Positions 60,652-64,000 of a DNA stretch of 64,000 bases are shown piece by piece (the stretch's first letter is position 1; each line of letters opens with the position of its first letter). The DNA is from Squalus acanthias. Its lineage: Eukaryota. Position numbers and translations under genes: made by a program. The stretch spans positions 114,020,001 to 114,084,000 of the forward strand of contig CM059432.1 in the NCBI GenBank assembly GCA_030390025.1, read 5' to 3'. The notes under the pieces are model-generated. The model was not told the DNA's origin. It saw only the letters and a program-made list of their open reading frames with translations, and did no database searches.

Positions 60652-62741
60652 ATAGAAACATAACATAGAAGATAGGAGCAGGAGTAGGCCATTCGGCCCC
60701 TCGAGCCTGCTCCGCCATTCGATGAGATCATGGCTGATCATCTAAACTCAGTACCCTGTACCTGCCTTCTCCCCATATCCCTTGATACCTTTAGCTTTAA
60801 GAAATATATCTAACTCATTCTTGAATATATTTAATGACTTCGCCTCAACTACCTTCTGTGGTAGAGAATTCCACAGGTTCACCACTCTCTGGGTGAAGAA
60901 ATTCTTCCTCATTTCTGTCCTAAATGGTTTACCCGTTATCCGTAGATTATGACCCCTGGTTCTGGACTCTCCGACCATCGGGAACATTCTTCCTGCATCT
61001 AGTTTGTCCAGACCTGTCAGAATTTTATATGTTTCGATGAGATCCCCTCTCATTCTTCTATACTCCAGTGAGTATAAGCCCAATCGACCAAATCTCTCCT
61101 CATATGTCATTCCTGCCATCCCAGGTATCAGCCTTGTGAATCTTCGCTGAACTCCTTCCATGGCAAGAACATCCTTCCTCAGATAAGGCGACCAAAATTG
61201 CACACAGTACTCAAGGTGTGGTCTCACCAAGGCCCTGTACAACTGCAGCAGGACATCCCTGTTTCTATACTCAAACCCTTTCGCTATGAAGGCCAACATA
61301 CCATTTGCCTTCTTCACCGCCTGCTGCACCTGCATGCTTACTTTCAGCGACTGGTGCACAAGGACACCCAGGTCTCGTTGCACTTCCCCTTCTCCCAATC
61401 TATTGCCATTCAGATAATAGTCTGCCTTTCTGTTTTTGACACCAAAGTGGATAACCTCGCACTTATCCACGTTATATTGCATCTGCCACGCTTCTGCCCA
61501 CTCACCCAACCTGTCCAGATCATCCTGGAGTTTCTCGCTATCCTCCTCGCTGCACACACTCCCACCCAGCTTTGTGTCATCTGCAAACTTGGAGATATTA
61601 CATTTAATTCCCTTATCTAGATCATTAATGTATATTGTGAATAGCTGGGGTCCAAGGACCGATCCCTGCGGTACCCCACTAGTCACTGCTTGCCACTCGG
61701 AAAAAGACCCATTAATTCCTACTCTCTGCTTTCTGTCCGCCAACCAGTTCTCTATCCAAGTCAATACATTGCCCCCAATCCCATGTGCCTTAACTTTACC
61801 CGCTAATCTCTTATGCGGGACCTTATCGAAAGCCTTTTGAAAGTCCAAATACACCACATCTACTGGTTCTCCCTTATCTATTTTCCCAGTTACATCCTCA
61901 AAAAATTCCAGTAGATTAGTCAAGCACGATTTACCTTTTGTAAATCCATGTTGACTTTGTCCGATCCTGTCACTGTTTTTCAAATGCTCAGCTATTACAT
62001 CCTTTATAATGGACTCTAGCATTTTCCCCACTACCGATGTCAGGCTTACCAGTCTGTAATTCCCCGCTTTCTCTCTACCACCCTTTTTGAATAGTGGGGT
62101 AACATTAGCTACCCTCCAATCCATGGGTACAGTTCCAGATTCCATCGAATGTTGGAAGATGATCAGCAATGCATCTACTATTTCTAGGGCCACTTCCTTA
62201 AGTACCCTAGGATGTAGATTATCAGGCCCTGGGGATTTATCGGCCTTCAATACCGTCAATTTCCCTAACACCATTTCCCTGCAAATACTGATTTCTTTCA
62301 GTTCCTCCCTTTCATCAGACCGTATGTTCTCCAACATCTCTGGGAGGTTATTTGTGTCCTCCTTTGTGAAGACAGAACCAAAATATGCATTTAATTGGGC
62401 TGCCATTTCTTTGTTCCCCATTATAACTTCCCCCGCTTCTGACTGCAAGGGACCTACACTTGATTTCACTAATCTTTTTCTCTTCACATATCTATAAAAG
62501 CTCTTACAGTCAGTTTTTATGTTCCCAGCAAGCTTACTTTCATATTCTATTTTCCCCTTCTTAATTAATCCCTTTGTCCTCCTTTGTTGAATCCTAAACT
62601 GCTCCCAATCCTCAGGGTTACTGCTTTTTCTGGCCAATTTATATGCGCTCTCCTTGGATCTTATGCTATCCCTAATTTCCCTTGTTAGCCACGGTTGAGT
62701 CACCCTTTTTGTTTTATTCTTATGCCACACTGGGATGTACA
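60652..62741 (-). mobile_element. Young CR1 LINE, 5'-truncated, inserted in the Gypsy integrase
   Basis: 3' UTR and (TTCTATG)-like tail at 60652-60747; the Gypsy frame rejoins across it (TPHITT-GRKPAELFL). Confidence 0.95.
60748..62740 (-). CDS. CR1 ORF2 linker + reverse transcriptase, uninterrupted frame (APE missing)
   Basis: [37 protein letters not shown] through the natural stop with no lesions. Confidence 0.75.
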
Positions 62742-64000
62742 AGTAGTGATATGAGGAGTATTCCGATAGGTAATCAGAAAATTTGCCAGTTTGTGGTCCA
62801 ACGACTACTGACATTTCTTTGGACTTGGATCCAACATTTGCTTGATGAGGGCACGTTTGACAATTTGTACTGTGCGCTCTGCTGCACCATTTGAAGCAGG
62901 GTGGTACAGTGGAACTTTGGTATGTTTCACACCATTTCTGCTCATGAACTGTGTGAACTCTTCTGAACAAAATTGCAGCCCATTATCAGACACAATTTCT
63001 TCTGGGAGGCCATATGAAGAAAACAATCTTCTCAAATTGTCTATTGTTTTGCTTGTTGTTATTCTCCGCATCGGAAACATCTCTGCCCACTTCAAGTGAC
63101 TATCTATCACTGTGAACAGTTGCTGTCCTTCTAGCTCAACAATATCTACATGTAACCTTTGCCACAATCTGGGAGGCCATTTCCATGGCTGTAATGGTGC
63201 TGATGTTGGTTTCTTGCTCACCGACTGATATGTTGTACACTGACTGACTAGGTACTCTATCTCTTTATCTTAACCTGGCCACCATAATAACTGCGTGAAA
63301 AGCTCTTGGTCAAGCACATTCCCAAGTGCTGGTCATGAAGATCTCCGAACAATTTAGACCTGAACCTATTTGGGATAACCACTCTTGCTCCCCAAATGAT
63401 ACAATCATTATCCACTGACAATTCATTCCTACGAATGAAGTATGGATGGATATCTTCCTCTGATACCTGGTTTGGCCATCCATTTGCGATGTAATCATAC
63501 ACCTTTGACATAATTTGGTCATGTTTCGTTGCTCTACTAATCTCTTCAGCTGTGACTGGCAGCTCATCAATGTATGAGAAATAGAACACTTCTTCCCTAT
63601 TGGGTGTAACTTGTGATGGGGATGGCAACCTGGACATAGCATCAGCATTACTGTGATCAGCTGATCGTCTGTACTCAATGTCATACGTATACGCTGACAA
63701 TATCAAAGCCCATCTCTGCATTCGGGCTGCAGCTAAGGTTGGAACTGGGGACTTTGAATTTAGGATTGCTGTCAGGGGCTTATGGTCAGTAACTATGGTA
63801 AACTTACGACCAAACAAGTATTTGTGAAACTTCTTGAGCCTAAAAATCAATGACAAAGCTTCCCTTTCGATCTGCGCATAATTCCGCTCACTGGCACTGA
63901 GAGTGCATGAAGCAAAAGCAATTGGTCTCTCCTCCCACTGTCTAGTACATGAGAGATCACTGCCCCAACTTCGTACGGAGAGGTGTCACACGCTAGCTTG

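Larger units (their letters stand above)
59741..64000 (-). mobile_element. Gypsy/Ty3 LTR retrotransposon, 3' part (RNase H, integrase, PPT, 3' LTR); interrupted at 60652-62741
   Basis: RNase H TDHKPL, ARMQRWAL, NADAMSR; integrase LHVD, IVSDNG, HPASNGAAERTV; GPY/F-like WLPG...GPRSY; order RH then INT. Confidence 0.93.

Noticed and set aside
60748..62970. 740-aa ORF as a novel integrase-RT fusion
   Set aside because: The first ~75 codons are Gypsy integrase DNA read in a non-integrase frame across the CR1 insertion junction at ~62741; this is accidental read-through.
1..64000. CRISPR array, prokaryotic defence system, or piRNA-cluster assignment
   Set aside because: No repeat-spacer array or operon structure. 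Elements occur in both orientations, and a piRNA cluster cannot be called without small-RNA data.

Overview
Vertebrate intergenic or intronic DNA, most likely from a cartilaginous fish (inferred from HER1-like CR1 LINEs, Deu-domain SINEs and shark-type Penelope terminal repeats). It is almost entirely transposable elements and no intact host gene is evident. The dominant feature is a cluster of about a dozen PIF/Harbinger DNA transposons and derivatives from several divergent families. Full elements carry a convergent pair of genes: a DDE transposase and a three-exon Myb/SANT-like gene. All copies are mutated. Several are inserted into or against the terminal inverted repeats (TIRs) of other Harbingers, and nested 3-bp target-site duplications (TSDs) can be read in one case. 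Also present: many CR1 LINE copies (some deeply nested), two copies of an apparently ORF1-less CR1-group LINE (one retaining a tRNA-like B-box head), a palindromic Penelope-type insert with hammerhead-ribozyme motifs on both strands, a 171-bp inverted duplication, a hAT-like MITE, and a Gypsy LTR retrotransposon running off the right edge. All calls were made by eye, and family names are from memory, not from database searches.
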